NCBI RefSeq assembly: GCF_009914755.1
Contig: NC_060926.1
Direction: 5' to 3' (one strand)
DNA: 64,000 bases
From: the human T2T-CHM13v2.0 reference genome, Homo sapiens
The position numbers and the translations under genes are program-made. Below the pieces are notes generated by a model. That model saw nothing but the letters and a program-made list of their open reading frames with translations. It made no database searches and was not told the DNA's origin. The first letter of the stretch is position 1, and each line of letters begins with the position of its first letter. This document shows, in pieces, positions 1 through 13,280 of the stretch.

Positions 1-154
1 GACTGAACTTTTGACATGTGCAAAGTACCATGTTACATACTTCACATACTTCATATTATGTCAATCCCATGACCATCCCATAGGGTAGACCTTAAGGAGT
101 CAAATCATTTATCTGACATTAAACACAAAATAAAGAGCAGAGTCAGGGTTTCTT

Positions 155-756
155 TCATTCAACAAATGCACCTACTATATGCCAGATACTGTTCTATTAA
201 TTGGGTGTAAAGAAGTAAAGAAAAAAAAAAGAAGATAACAAAGAAGAAAGGCCACTGCTCTTAAGGAATTTAATTCCAGTTGTGAGATTCAGACATATAA
301 AAGTAAGCAGACAAATACAGAAAACACTTTCAGGTAGACATGAATGTTTTTAATAAAACTGTGTGTTGTGATAATAAGTACCTGGCAGAGAGACTTCTTT
401 ATAGACACTGTGATCATGGAAGACATCTTGAAGGAGGTAACAGTAGCTGAGACTGGACCCAGTTATGTAATGAAGAACATTCTAGGGAGTAAGAAGACCA
501 AGTGCTATAGTTCAGGATGGAGAAAAGTAAGAGATGCAACTGGAATGTTTTCAGCAAGTGGTGATGTGACTCATTACAATTTCTTCAAGATTACCTTGGC
601 TGCTATGTCAAGAACAGATTGTGCAGGGCAAGAAATTGAGATACTGGTCCAGAGGCAGTTGTTTTTGTCCAGGTGAGCATGGATGGTGCCTTAGACCAGG
701 ATGGAGGCAATGAAGATGCAAGGAATGGACAGATTGTAGATGTACTTTGAAAGCAG
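155..756 (-). mobile_element. L2 LINE fragment (3' region), preceded by a MIR-like fragment at ~1-150
   Basis: L2 3' end signature TTCATTCAACAAAT...CCTACTATATGCCAG and a typical L2 purine-rich body (GATTACCTTGGCTGCTATG...GGACAGATTGTAGATGTACTTTGAAAGCAG). Recognised by eye. Confidence 0.65.
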
Positions 757-1073
757 GTGCTATGGTTTGAATATGTCCCCTAAATTAGAATACATCCTAG
801 ATAAATGGCATCTGCTGGTAAATGGTAGAGGCTGGACTTTATCCCTGGAACCCTCCATCTGAGCTAGTGATCGTAGGCCAGTCATTTAAGCTCTCTGTAG
901 AATAAGAATAACAACAGGGTCTCTTTTATAAAGTTTTTGTTATAAAGAGACAGGGTTGAAAACACAGCTCTTTTATAAAGTTATTGTTAAAAGAGACAGG
1001 ATCTCTGTTATAAAGTTGCTATAAAGTTCAATATATGTAACAAATAAGATAAGAGTGTCTGGCTCATAGAAAG

Positions 1074-1080
1074 CTATCTG

Positions 1081-1122
<42 letters not shown>
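1074..1122. repeat. (TCTA)n microsatellite
   Basis: Direct tandem TCTA/CTAT units. Confidence 0.95.
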
Positions 1123-1124
<2 letters not shown>

Positions 1125-2846
1125 ATTTAAGTGGATATGTCCAGTATTTGAACATAGGGCTGAGTTATGCCCAAGCCCATGCTCATTATTTGTAAGTTGT
1201 AAGAAAAGGGTAAAGTTGATTAAAGTTTAGTGGTAGGGATACCTACTCTCTCTCTCTTTTATCAATGAGCTCTCTACTGGTTTTCTGCTTCCCAACCATG
1301 CTGTGGCCAAGGTCTGTCCAAACCCTGTTTAAACCCACTAAACCCCCAAAAGCATGGCATTTCCTGGACCTAAAGCCTACATAGTCTCCCCATTGCCCAT
1401 AACATATAAAACCCATGGCCTTAATTTGGACTTAATGAATGACCTCAATAGTCTGACCCTAAATGCCATTTTTGGTCCTTTCTCCTCATGTTACTTTCCT
1501 GTGCCCAAATTAGTTTTCTCATTATAAGATGAATGCGATATCCACTTTCCAATTCCGTATAGTCATTCATTAATTTATTTATTTTACAGATGTCTTTTAT
1601 GCACTAGCATTGTGCTAAGAGCAGGGGCAATTGAGATTCATCTATATATTGGTTCTGCCCTTGAAATGTTCTTGATCGAGTGACAAAGGCATATGTAAAG
1701 CACACTTAGTAATACTACACAGTGTAACAAGTATACAGTACATACAAGGTGACAGACACCCACAGGAAGGAGTCGCAGGGAGATGAAGACAACAGAGCAC
1801 CCACTTGCAAGGTGAAGGCAGGAGTTAGGAGGAAGAAAAGAGGAAGAGTGTTCTAGCAGAGGAATCTGCCTGCACAATGGCAGGGAGGCATGATGCTTAC
1901 GTCATATTTTATGGTTTCACTCTCCTTTTCTCATACTAATTTTTTATCTAGTTCTGTGACCCCTTCACTTTCAAGGCCACCACTCCAGTTACACTGCAAC
2001 CTGAGGTCTCATAAATTCAGAATGCTGTTGCAATTGAAAGCATGGACCTTGGAGTTGAGGTAAAATACACTGTTTTTGGGCCCACCGATGAATATCTGCT
2101 TGAGCTTAAGTGAGTTCTTTATCCTTGCTGAGTCTTGGTTTCCTCATGTGTGAAATGAGGATAATGAAAAAACCCTACCTTGCAGTGGTAGGTGGAGATT
2201 AAATGAGGTAATGCATGTAAGTCTCCTATGACAATGTCCTCTTTGTGTACTGCTCCTTTATATATTTCCATTCCCACCCTTCAAATTTAACACATGACCT
2301 AGGGACAACATGTACCACGACACAGTTGCTCAATGAACTAACACATGGACACATGTGTCTGGCATTATTAGTTTCCTGACTTCCTATCCTCAATCCGTGG
2401 CTAAGGTTTTAATTCTGTTTCAGTAAGTGACAAATTATTTAGATATAGTTTCCTCCTGGATCAAGACTTTTAAAACATTTATTTAATTATTATTATTTTT
2501 TAACCTCTAAATCCCTATTCCTGGGAAATGTCCACTTTGGAGTTCATTTCTTTTCCCAGAAGGAGCAATTCATCAGCTTTTAGAAGATTGTGATTCAGTA
2601 GGGACTGTTCAAGTCCATGTTATGACATAGGCTCCTTTGAGGCTTCAATACAAGGAAGACACATTTAAGGCCTTGTTAACAAAAGTATGAATGTTCATAA
2701 TAGAACCTTCCATGTCTTTTGTATCCCAGACTCATTCCTCTTCTATAACACTCTAATCTGAATTACTTTATCAGCTGTACCTCCAGGGGCTTTGCTGATA
2801 ATTCACAAAAGAAATACATCTGCTATTGGCCCTTGTTCCCCAATTA

Positions 2847-2931
2847 TTAGTTTAGTACAAAAGTGAAAGTAATTGAGGTTTTTGGTATTACTTTCAATGT
2901 CAGAACTGCAATTACTTTTGCACCGACCTAA
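2847..2931. mobile_element. MADE1 mariner-derived MITE
   Basis: TTAGTTTAGTACAAAAG..AAGTAATTG...CAATTACTTTTGCACCGACCTAA: ~85-bp element of two terminal inverted repeats matching the MADE1 consensus. Confidence 0.85.
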
Positions 2932-3451
2932 CAGTTTTCCAATGTATCCAGGATCACTTTCCACTTTTTCTTCAGCTTAGATTTCTCATTGCAGTGGGAT
3001 GTGATTGAAGTGCAAGGCTTGGTTCATCCACAGTGAGTGCTGCTGTTTCAGTCATGCGGAGAACTTCTCCAACTTCAGGAGGGTCTCAGGAAAGGGCATC
3101 CCAGGAGAGGACACCTCTGCCTGCTTCCACACCAGGAAATGTCTTTGTAGAGTGTCATTAAATGAAAGAATCACTTGAGCTTATTTCTTACGGTATGACA
3201 CAGAAATCTAGTGAGCTGAAGTGGTTGGGATTTACTGGTAACAAACCCCAAACAAATGTACACAATAGAGAGAAGTAGATCAGAGAAGTTGGCTGTATTT
3301 TTAATTGGAAATTCATGTTTTTAAAGTCTTAATCCAGGAAATTGACATTTTAGAAAGAATGTCTAATTTTACTAGTTGATATTTTCTGTTTTTCAGAGGT
3401 GGAATGGAATGGGGGAGGGGGTCATAAAAGTGAATTTATAGCTATGTGAAT

Positions 3452-3477
3452 ACACACACACACACACACACACACAC
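3452..3477. repeat. (CA)n microsatellite
   Basis: Direct tandem repeat. Confidence 0.95.
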
Positions 3478-3985
3478 TTAGCTCTGTGTGTGTTTCCTTT
3501 GTGGTATTTTTGAAACACATATTGACTTTTGCCCCTAAATTATTTGTTTGAGAGTGCTGAAGTAGCTTATTGTTTATTTCTTCAATCAGATCAGTGGAGG
3601 TGTGGGGCTTGCTTTCTTTACAGCTGACACACCCACTATAACACACCTGGTGGGTATTTAAGACACCCACTTTCTTTCCTTTGTTCCCTTCCTAAACATC
3701 TGAAAAAGTTGCAATTTCTCCATCAGATTACTCTCTCACAATATGAGTCACAGTTAGCACAATTGCAGAAAATCTCTTGTCCCACTTTGAATTCCCCTTT
3801 AATGTCCCCCCCCAGAAATTCTTGTTTAGACCCTCTTTCCAAGTTGAATAACCAGAGAGGCATCGTGCAGCCTTTAATTTGAGATCAAGAGGTTGTCTGC
3901 TTAAGAAACAACATGATTCCATAGATGTAGTACAAGGAATTGTGCTGCCTCCTTTCAAAAAGACCTGAGGAGGTAGGAAAAGTAG

Positions 3986-3987
<2 letters not shown>

Positions 3988-4029
<42 letters not shown>
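3988..4029. repeat. (GT)n microsatellite
   Basis: About 21 GT units. Confidence 0.95.
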
Positions 4030-4032
<3 letters not shown>

Positions 4033-5618
4033 GTAGCTGAAATATGCTCTGGTCTTTTTCTCAGAAAAGACAAGAAAGACCACATCTTGGTTCTCAATGC
4101 AGCTGACAAGACAGATATTAATCCATGACTTTGAATTCTAAAATCGAAAGTACTTCTTGGAGACTTACTTGGTGTCTAGTGGTAGCCCCCTCCTCAAAGA
4201 GCTCACAGCTACATGAAGAGACAGGAAATAAGAACCTATGGCAAGAATGAACAGGACTCATGGAGTAGAACCCTTCAAGCAACTTTATTTTTGTCCCCAT
4301 CTCTTCCTTTAAACCTGTTCAGTGATAACTGAACTGGATGAAAACTCAGAGCCCTACTGCTTTCTTATTTACTTTCAGGTGATGAAAGTCCAATGGCCAC
4401 TTTGAGGGGAAAAAAGTCATTAGGATCAGTGCAAAGCAGTGTTTCTATATTCTTGCAGAGGTAAGTCTTTACCTCTCCAACTTCTCCAACTGATCCCCTC
4501 TCCCTTCCTTGTTCACCTCCTCCCTGCTCTAGGACTCATCTCAGGCCTTTCTGAGGTTAGAGAGAAAAGTAAGAGAAACAGGACTGTTCTTTCATGACTG
4601 GTACTGTTGTAAGGTGGCTTTGCTTTCTCCGGGCTGGAAACTGTAACAGATGATTAAAGATGGCTTTCTTCTGGTGAAACAGTTCAGAGCTGTGCAGAGA
4701 TTGCCTGCTGGACACCTCCTGCCCTTCTCTTGACACCAGGGCTGTGTATTTCTTGACTTGCCCTTTCTTGTACCTACCTTTAGCTCCACTTCCTCTGCCA
4801 GCCTGTTACTGCTGGGGCCCTCATCTCCTCTGTAAGACATAATTCTTTTTAAAAGTGACCTCAGGCTGATTCTCTTGGGGACAAGTGACATCTGGTCCAC
4901 AGGATTTCTCACATTTAACCAGTCATTGGAGGGAAGTGCAGTTCACTCACAGGCTGCTGAACTTCCTCAGATGTGGGTTTGGTGTGGATCTCTGTACTCT
5001 CTGCTGTAGACCCATCATGAGAGTTCCAGGCTATTCCTTCAAGTCCTTTCATTAGGCTTGGGTGAATAGGTAGCATCCTCCCCCCATTGCCAAGAGGGGA
5101 GATTTTAGGCTGCTGAATAGCTATTACCAAAATATTTTTTTCACAATTCCAACTCTCCTAATTATTTTCCATTCTCCCTGTGGGGGAAAACAAATTTGTT
5201 GACTTTGGAAGCCTCTCATTAGTTATTTCCTTTGCAGATTTACATCTTGCACTTCACGTTGGTGTTTCATAGGTACTGAATTTTGGTACTTCACTTTTAA
5301 TCTTTATCACCTTGATACATGTGTTTCATAGATGGTTGAGGCCATAAGAGTTGACCTCCTGTTGTGTATGGGTTATATAGTGATTAGGACTATGAGAGAA
5401 GAGAAAAGTAGAGAGATCTCAGTGTTCTCTGCATGTAGGTGACAGTCTTAGGGCAGACTTTGGGGAGGAAGAGCATGTTTCTGGGATAAAGAATGGAAAA
5501 AAAACTTGGACTGTCATAGGAGACTGAAAAGGCTTTGCGGTTAAGGGGGTATTGTGTCAGTTCAGCCTCAAGAGGAGCTGGAGCAAGCATATGGACGTGA
5601 GAAGGCAGAATGGCCTTC

Positions 5619-6095
5619 TACGGTGGCAGGATTCCAAGATGACCCCCAGTGACAGCCTTGAGTGGGGTGACCAGGACCTGTGATATGATGGGATGTCACT
5701 CATGAGATTACGTTATATTATGTGCAAAGGTGAACTGAGTTTTGCAGATGTAATTAGGGTTCCTAATTAGCTGACATAGAGTTAATCATAAGGAAGGTTG
5801 TTCTGGGTGCATTTGACCTAAGGAGGTGAGCCTTTAGATAAGAGAGACTATCCTGCTGACCTGGAAGAAATTATACAGTCATTTTGTGAACTGCCCAGGG
5901 GGAAAGGTAGCCTCTAGGAGCTGAGGACTCCAATCCTCAGATAAAAATCCCAGCCTTGGATGCCACCTTGGTTGCAGCCATTGGAGTTCCTGAGCACAGG
6001 ACCCAGCTAGGGCACATTTGGATTCCGGACCCATGGAAATTGAAATAATGTATGGCATTGTTTTAAACTGCTCAATTTGTTACTCAGCCACTACA
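5619..6095 (+). mobile_element. MaLR solo LTR (MLT1E/F-like)
   Basis: Starts GGTGGCAGGATTCCAAGATGACCCCCAG, contains TTTGCAGATGTAATTAGGGT and GCCTCTAGGAGCTGAG, and ends TTGTTTTAAACTGCT...TTTGTTAC. Confidence 0.7.
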
Positions 6096-7329
6096 CCTCT
6101 CTTCATGAAACTGTTTTATGTTGGAACATGTTAAGAGTCAAGGATACAAGAGCTAGGGAAGGGCCTAGTTAGGTAGCATTTAGGATGCCAGACTTGATGA
6201 GAGTGATAGTAATTCAGTATAGACCCAGACATGTGTTACAAAAATCTGGTTTGCTCATGTTTCATATTCTTTACGGGTTGGCTGGGGGTGTTTCTTAACA
6301 TTATCCCACCCTAGAACCCATGCCAATGGGCATTTCCTCTGCCATGGCTATTGTAAAAACACATTTATGACTTCTGCCTGAAAATGTCATATTTTCCTTT
6401 TGCTCATGTTTTGCTGGCCAGAGGAAGTTGCACAGATACACTTAACTTCCAAGGCTCTGTGTATGAATGAACCAGACATATTTATTGAACTTTATTAGTA
6501 TAAAATAGTTATTTTAGGTTCTTGAACAAGAAGGTGACTTGATGACAGCCAGCCTCTTAATTTATATCCCAGCACCTTCCTTCTCATCCCACATTCTGAG
6601 AAGGTGTACAAGGTTCCACTGCAAACATGCGAATTTAGTATTGGCTGTTGGATCCTAGACAGAACAGTGAGCAACACTAAGCAAACATATACATATCTTT
6701 TCTTGTTAACACAAGAAACATCCTGTGTTAGAAAAAGAAAAAAAGATGTTTCTTGCCCCAGTAGTCCTGCTGGATCTAAAATGGATTTTGAGCCCATATT
6801 TACTCTAGGGATTTCCATTTTCCTGCCTGTTTTATGCCTTCATGCACTCTTTCTCACCTCTCCTGAGAGTAGTCAGTTTTCTAGTTAATTCAGGATCAGA
6901 TGGGGATGACTCAGCAGATCTTCAAAGATAGATGATAGGGAAAATTATGAGAGGTATTCCAGTCAAAATGGTTGCACTATGCCTTAGAAAGGAGTGCAAG
7001 AAAATAGAGGTATAAAAGCTTACCCAGCATTACCAGTTGGATTTATTCCAGTTAGTAATAATATTACCACAGCCTTTAAAATTTTTAGGGCACTTTCATC
7101 TCTCTGAAGGCTGATATAGAGAGGACAATTGTTATGACTTCACTTGTGATAAATAAAGAATTGTGAGACAGAGAATGTTTGACTTCCTTTTCTTCTTCCC
7201 CTTCTTCCATCAAAATGATGTCTTAGAAAAAAAAGATTTCTGGTATTTTACTTCTCCAAGAATTATCTGAATTTTAAGCTTTCAGGTGAAATGGAGTTTA
7301 TCTTCTCTGTGAAAGTTATTTCAGGCATA

Positions 7330-8420
7330 GACAAAGATATGGTGGAGACTGGTACGTGATGGTAAAATTACAGACAGGGATTGCCATCCTATTGATCCTT
7401 TGGAGGCCTGGCATGGGTGAGGGAGCCAGAAAATGACTTAGGAAATGAGAAGATGAGTGAACACGCAGAATGTGACAAGCCCAGCAAGTAGCCAGGTAAA
7501 TGGAGGGAGAAATCGGACAGAAGGCCTTACAGAATTCAGAGAAGGAGAGAGTTCCACAAGGAGGAAAGGGTACATTGTCAAATCCCATAGGGAAAACTGA
7601 TGAAAGGAGGAAGGTAAAGAGTTCTGTGGATGTAGCAAGTCAAGGTCACTACTGACCCAGTCAAGAACCCAGTTTGCAGAGGGGGAATGGAAGCCAGACT
7701 GTGGGACACAGACTGATTTCCAAGAAGGTGTAAAGGGAATTGGTGAACAGGGTGATAGATATGGTAAGAAGTACAACCTCAAGATAATGGTTGAAGTTCT
7801 TACTATGGAGAAGATCTGTCTGTTTATAGGTAGAAAAAAATAGCATCAGTAGAGAAGGCAAAGTCCATTGCATAGGTGAGAGATGGTGCTGTTGCTGGAG
7901 TCACGTCCCTGCAGAGGCTGAACCTCAAGTGCAAACATCAGTCTCTAACAGGAAGAGGGAGCTCTTCTCTAGAGGTGAAGTCCAGTGGAAGGAAGAATGG
8001 GTCTCAGAAAGGAGGTGGGGTAGGACTGGAAAGTGAGTCCATCCACTTCTGGAGGGCTCAGTTTACTTTATAACCAGGCAGAAAGCTCATCTGCAGGGAA
8101 GGGAAGATGAAGCCCCAGGGCCTGTGTAATTTTGCAAAAAATGCTGTAGTGCTCATTTTGGAGAATTTAGATAACATGGAAATGCTTTCCTGCCTTTGAA
8201 TAAGGCAGAAGGGGAACCAAGTCCAGGAAGTTCTTTGAACCAGTTCTCCCTTCACATCTTGTCCTATCCCTGGCTGGTTTTGAAATATCATGTCAAAGGT
8301 AGGGAATAAGGTAAGACTAGCATCTTTGATCAGGTCTGAAGGGAGCATGGCTTGGACAGAGACCTGGCTCTGCGACTTCTGTGAGTGTTACTGGGGTATG
8401 AATATGAAACTTGTGAGTTC
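7330..8420 (-). mobile_element. Highly diverged L2-clade LINE reverse-transcriptase fossil
   Basis: Minus-strand peptide fragments lie in RT order: PSDLIKDASLTLFPTFDMIF, ISMLSKFSK...LQMSFLPGY, LPLDF, LFFSTY..DLLHSKNFNHYL, WVSSDL. These resemble L2 PISLL..SK..QSGFRPG, LLDLS and DLIHSHGFNYHL. Confidence 0.5.
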
Positions 8421-8656
8421 ACCTTTTTAATTTTGGCACATCTAAATCATGAAGAATATGACGTTGATGTCTCTTTTCACATTTGCATCTGGGAGAAAGA
8501 TAGTTTGCCTCAATCAGTCAAGAGAACTCTCCTCTTTGTTAAACTTTGTGAGGGCTTTGTGGTTTGAGTTTAGTGCTTTTCTTTTGGAGAAATGTGTTTT
8601 ATGTTTAGAGGGATTTATCATTTGTTCTGTCGAAGAGCATCTCATAAAAGACACTT

Positions 8657-8658
8657 TT

Positions 8659-8714
<56 letters not shown>

Positions 8715-8758
8715 TCCTTCCTTCCTTCCTTCCTTCCTTCCTTCCTTCCTTCCTTCCT

Positions 8759-8826
<68 letters not shown>

Positions 8827-8832
8827 TTTTTT
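8657..8832. repeat. Compound (TTTC)n(TTCC)n(TTTC)n microsatellite
   Basis: Pure polypyrimidine tetranucleotide blocks seen directly. Confidence 0.97.
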
Positions 8833-10199
8833 GCAGCTGTTGTCAGTAGAACTGGAGGAGGGGTTTTCATCTGCATAGATTAGGTTGATGTACCAATCTC
8901 TTTCTTCTCTGGGGTTTTTAAGAAATCTTCCGTGATTGGTTGAGCATGAGGAATCTCCCTGTGACAGCTCTATAAAGAAAGAAAGACAATAAAGACAATC
9001 TAATAGGCAGTGAGTCGATGAAGATTTTTGTCTGGAATAAATTTAGCGCATCTCATAAAGTTTTTATGGATGCTACTTTTCAGATGCTTAGAATATTATT
9101 ATCTATCCTAACATTTCTCTCTTCCCAATTTTTCTTATTCTTGCCTAAAAAAACAAAAACTTTAAGGATGTTCTTCTGTGTCAGTTTAAGCTCTTAGCAG
9201 AGTTGTTTGAATGGCTGATTTTTCTTTTTCCACTGCTTGGTGTTCTTTTCCTATGGGATTTCATTAGAGTCTTCCACAAAAATCTGACAATTAGTGGGTG
9301 TCGCAATGAAATTTGTGATTTGTATTTTTGCTTGACTTCAACACATAACCCTCAAAAGGCCCTGCATAAACATGAGGTTTTGGTAGTTTTGTGTCAAAAT
9401 AAAAGAAAAATGAAATTAGGATAGAGATAAAATATCTGATTACTTTCAATTAATAGAACAGAAAGTTACCCCAAACCTAGCTTGTAGCAACTAAAAGCAA
9501 GCCACCTAAAAATTCACCTTACAAGTGAGAACAGAACAAAATAAACGAAAAAGAGTTAGGAACTACATTATTCAGAATAATACATACTTTTTAATGCTGA
9601 GGGTTTTTTCGTGGGTATTAGATCCTCCTTCTCTTTCCCCCCACAAGGAAGCAAGGATTCTAGGGCAGCTGCAGAGGAAATATGTATGTGCCAGGTAAAA
9701 ATATATTCACATCTTTCCACATGGATGGTGCTTGATGAGCCTGGCTTAATGTCCCCCAGGTCTGAGGAGTTGTGAGACTCTATAGCATATTTTATTATTT
9801 AAAGGGATACAGAGTGTTTCCTCACAGTGAGGCACCCATCATGGCCACAGTCCTTCCTAATACCCTTTGTATAAAAAACTGAATTCGTTTCTTCATTTTC
9901 TGAAAAAAAGTGGGGGAGTGTAAAAGGAATCTGAATCAAGAGAGAGTGATCTCCTGGAAATCTTCCTCTTCCCTAAATCTTTATAAGTTAAATGTTTTGA
10001 TTTCTGCTAGTGAAGCTTCCCTTTTCATGGCAAGAAAAGAGCAGTGAAAATGTGTTTTAATTTTTTTTCTTTCAGAGAGAGAAGCATATTGGGGTCATAA
10101 AATCATACCTTTTCTATGATGTTGCCATTGCTTATTTATGGCCACAAGGAGAAACCAGGTATTCAAGGATTTGAGATTCATTTTTCATAAAACTGCCAC

Positions 10200-11195
10200 A
10201 AATATATATACATGTATAAATGTATATATACATATACATTTATACATGTATATATGTATATATACATATACATTTATACATGTATATATGTATATATACA
10301 TATACATTTATACATGTATATATGTATATATACATATACATTTATACATGTATAAATGTATATATACATATACATTTATACATGTATATATGTATATATA
10401 CATATACATATATACATGTATAAATGTATATATACATATACATTTATACATGTATATATGTATATATACATATACATTTATACATGTATATATGTATATA
10501 TACATATACATTTATACATGTATATATGTATATATACATATACATTTATACATGTATATATGTATATATACATATACATTTATACATGTATATATATATA
10601 CATATACATATATACATGTATATATGTATATATACATATACATTTATACATGTATATATGTATATATACATATACATTTATACATGTATATATGTATATA
10701 TACATATACATATATACATGTATATATGTATATATAATATACATTTATACATGTATATATGTATATATAATATACATTTATACATGTATATATGTATATA
10801 TAATATACATTTATACATGTATATATGTATATATAATATATATTTATACATGTATATATGTATATATACATATATATTTATACATGTATATATGTATATA
10901 TACATATATATTTATACATGTATATATGTATATATAATATATATTTATACATGTATATATGTATATATACATATATATTTATACATGTATATATGTATAT
11001 ATACATATATATTTATACATGTATGTATATATACATATATATTTATACATGTATGTATATATACATATATTTATACATATATACATTTATAAATATAGTT
11101 ATATATAAATGTGTTTATATAATAAATGTATGCATTTATTTATATATAAATAAATGCATACATTTATACATACATATACATTTATATATATATGT
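10200..11195. repeat. AT-rich minisatellite, ~34-bp unit TATACATGTATATATGTATATATACATATACATT
   Basis: About 25 tandem units with variants, degenerating at the right end. The 34-aa periodicity of the overlapping ORFs equals 3 x 34 nt. Confidence 0.95.
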
Positions 11196-11539
11196 TTCAG
11201 AAAATGCTGAAGCCAGGAATATCAATCCTAAACCCATGGCTGTGACTCCCTTTGCTTCCTGCCTTAAGAGATAAGGAAGCTCCACCCTGGAGGAAGGCTA
11301 GGTTGGCAGGGAGCTGGGAACAGGCATCCCAGAGGAATTGGCTCTGAGATGACCTTGGGCATCCACATAGGAGCTACGTCTGGGGGACTGATTGCAGGTG
11401 CTTATGGTACTCCCTGGTCTCCAGATAGGTGGAAATCACCATATGGAACTTTAGATTTGGAACTTTATTCTGGTTGCTAAGACAGATAACAGAAAAAGAA
11501 ACAATATTGCTCTGGGAGTTCAAAATTGTGAGCTTTCCT

Positions 11540-11830
11540 AACAGCAACACCACTTGCTCATGGTGTGACCTTGAGCAAGTGAAGTTACTTAATCTGGCTG
11601 CATCTCTATTCTTCTGTAAAATGTGGATAGTAACTCCTGTCCTGCTTATCTCGTGAGTGTGGCATGTGTCAGGTAGTGCAGGGCATGTGGCTGCCTTAGT
11701 GTAGAAGTAAAAGTGCTTTACAAACTGAATAAGCTTATGACTGAGTGCTTTCTCTGTGCCTGGCCCTTCGCTGAGCTCTCTAGTAAATGCCCAAGACCTA
11801 CAGACCACAGTCCTCACGTCTCAGTGGGCT
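11540..11830. mobile_element. MIR followed by an L2 3' fragment
   Basis: GTGTGACCTTGAGCAAG...TTCTGTAAAATGTGGATAGTAA is the MIR core. It is followed by ACTGAGTGCTTTCTCTGTGCCTGGC, which is L2 end-like. Confidence 0.6.
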
Positions 11831-12700
11831 GAGAGGTTAATTCAAAGAAGGAAAAATCAGTGACAGTGTTAGGTACCTCAGCAGGGCTGTCCTAGTAAGC
11901 AGTAGGCAGGTGTATTTAATGTAGTAGCCCTCAAACTTCCTCAGAGGTATATGGACTGTGGAGCTGGGGGCAATAAAGGACAAGGAGTTGTCATTTTTTT
12001 ATTGTCTCTGAGACATACTCTGCCTTCCTTCTCTCCCCACATTTTTAAATCTCTTACAGTTAGGGGTTGGTTATAGTTTAAATAGTGGCTCTTTTTTGTT
12101 AGTGGTGGAGAAAATAATGGTATGCTTTACAATCTATGGAGTCTTACATTCAATAAAATACTGTACAAGAAGAAAACTACCATATCTGTGATATCCAACA
12201 CCACTAAGTTCAATGTTGAGAAGAATTTTAAAGAGCCTCTCAGCATCAAAACAATTGAATCTATCATCAAAATAATTTTATAAAATGGGAAAGAGATATT
12301 TCACATGGTTGTCTTTATCCAGAGCTTTTGATTTTGACTTTCAGAGGGTACAACTGCTTTATTCTCTTTAGAAATTAATTATTTTCTATAATTATTTTTA
12401 ATTTTAGAAATAGAATCTTATCTAGGGGGGAAGAAAAAAACTAAGACAAGAAATTAGGCCAGACACGAAGGAAAATCACTGGGTTTGTAGCCATGAACTT
12501 TTATCTTGAACACTGCTTTCAAATCCAGGCAGTCAGTTCTAAGTCAACACTGTGCTGCTTCCATCTTTTTTTTGACTGACATGCTCCCCTGTTTTCTTTA
12601 TACTCCATACACTAGGACTGAAGAGTCATATTGGAGACACTATACCTTGGGAATCAAAAGCAGGCTGGGATTGGCAGTGGAGGAGAATGAGAGAAGTTTG

Positions 12701-13262
12701 TGTAGGGGAGAAAAGACTTTTTCTCTATCCCATTACGATCTGTGTTTGGACCTGAAAATTAAACGGACAAAAGCCAGATTAACAGGGAAGGGCTTACAGG
12801 TTGTATTTGATGTTAATATTTCTACATGTACACAGAGGGTTCACATATAAGAAATGAAGACCCCCCCAAACATGAATAGTTCTGAGAGCTGATATACCAT
12901 TTTAGCAAAGAATGATAAAGTTTTTGTGGAGATGTGACAAGACAGAAGAAAAAGGAGTTTGGGCTAGAGATGGTAAGTTATGAAAAAGTTACTGGGAAAC
13001 ATAGAAGAGGACTAATGGGAGATTATCTCTGAAGATTTGTACAAATTCATCTCAGCTTTGATTCCCTCTCTCCAGTGATAAGAATGCTCTCTTATTCCTT
13101 GTACAGAGAGAGCAACTTTCTGATGGAAAATTTATGCCCTGCTTTTAGAGAAAAAGGGAAGTCAAAGAGTCCTTCCTACAGCTTTTTCTAAATGGCCTTC
13201 AGCTCAAAATAATCAAAATGCAAGAACAGAATTTTTGGGATGGTTTATTTTTATTTCTTTCA
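12701..13262. mobile_element. ERV1-type solo LTR (MER series, subfamily uncertain)
   Basis: TG...CA-bounded ~560-bp segment with ERV1 LTR-like motifs (CCTTCAGCTCAAAATAATC, AAAAGCCAGATTAACAGG). Confidence 0.45.
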
Positions 13263-13280
13263 TTTGTTCACATCCTTACA

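Noticed and set aside
344-676. 110-aa ATG-initiated ORF
   Set aside because: Lies within an L2 fragment on its antisense strand and has no recognisable domain.
8449-8883. Phe/Ser/Leu- and Lys/Glu/Arg-rich ORFs
   Set aside because: Artefacts of the TTTC/TTCC microsatellite.
10060-10165. Possible exon with a polypyrimidine-CAG acceptor (~10075) and a GT near 10159
   Set aside because: Splice-like motifs are common by chance. A lncRNA exon cannot be supported without transcript data.
10138-11274. Long Tyr/Ile/His-rich ORFs (up to 222 aa), and a superficial CRISPR-like periodicity
   Set aside because: These are translations of a stop-poor minisatellite. The units are contiguous with no unique spacers, there are no cas genes, and the DNA is primate.
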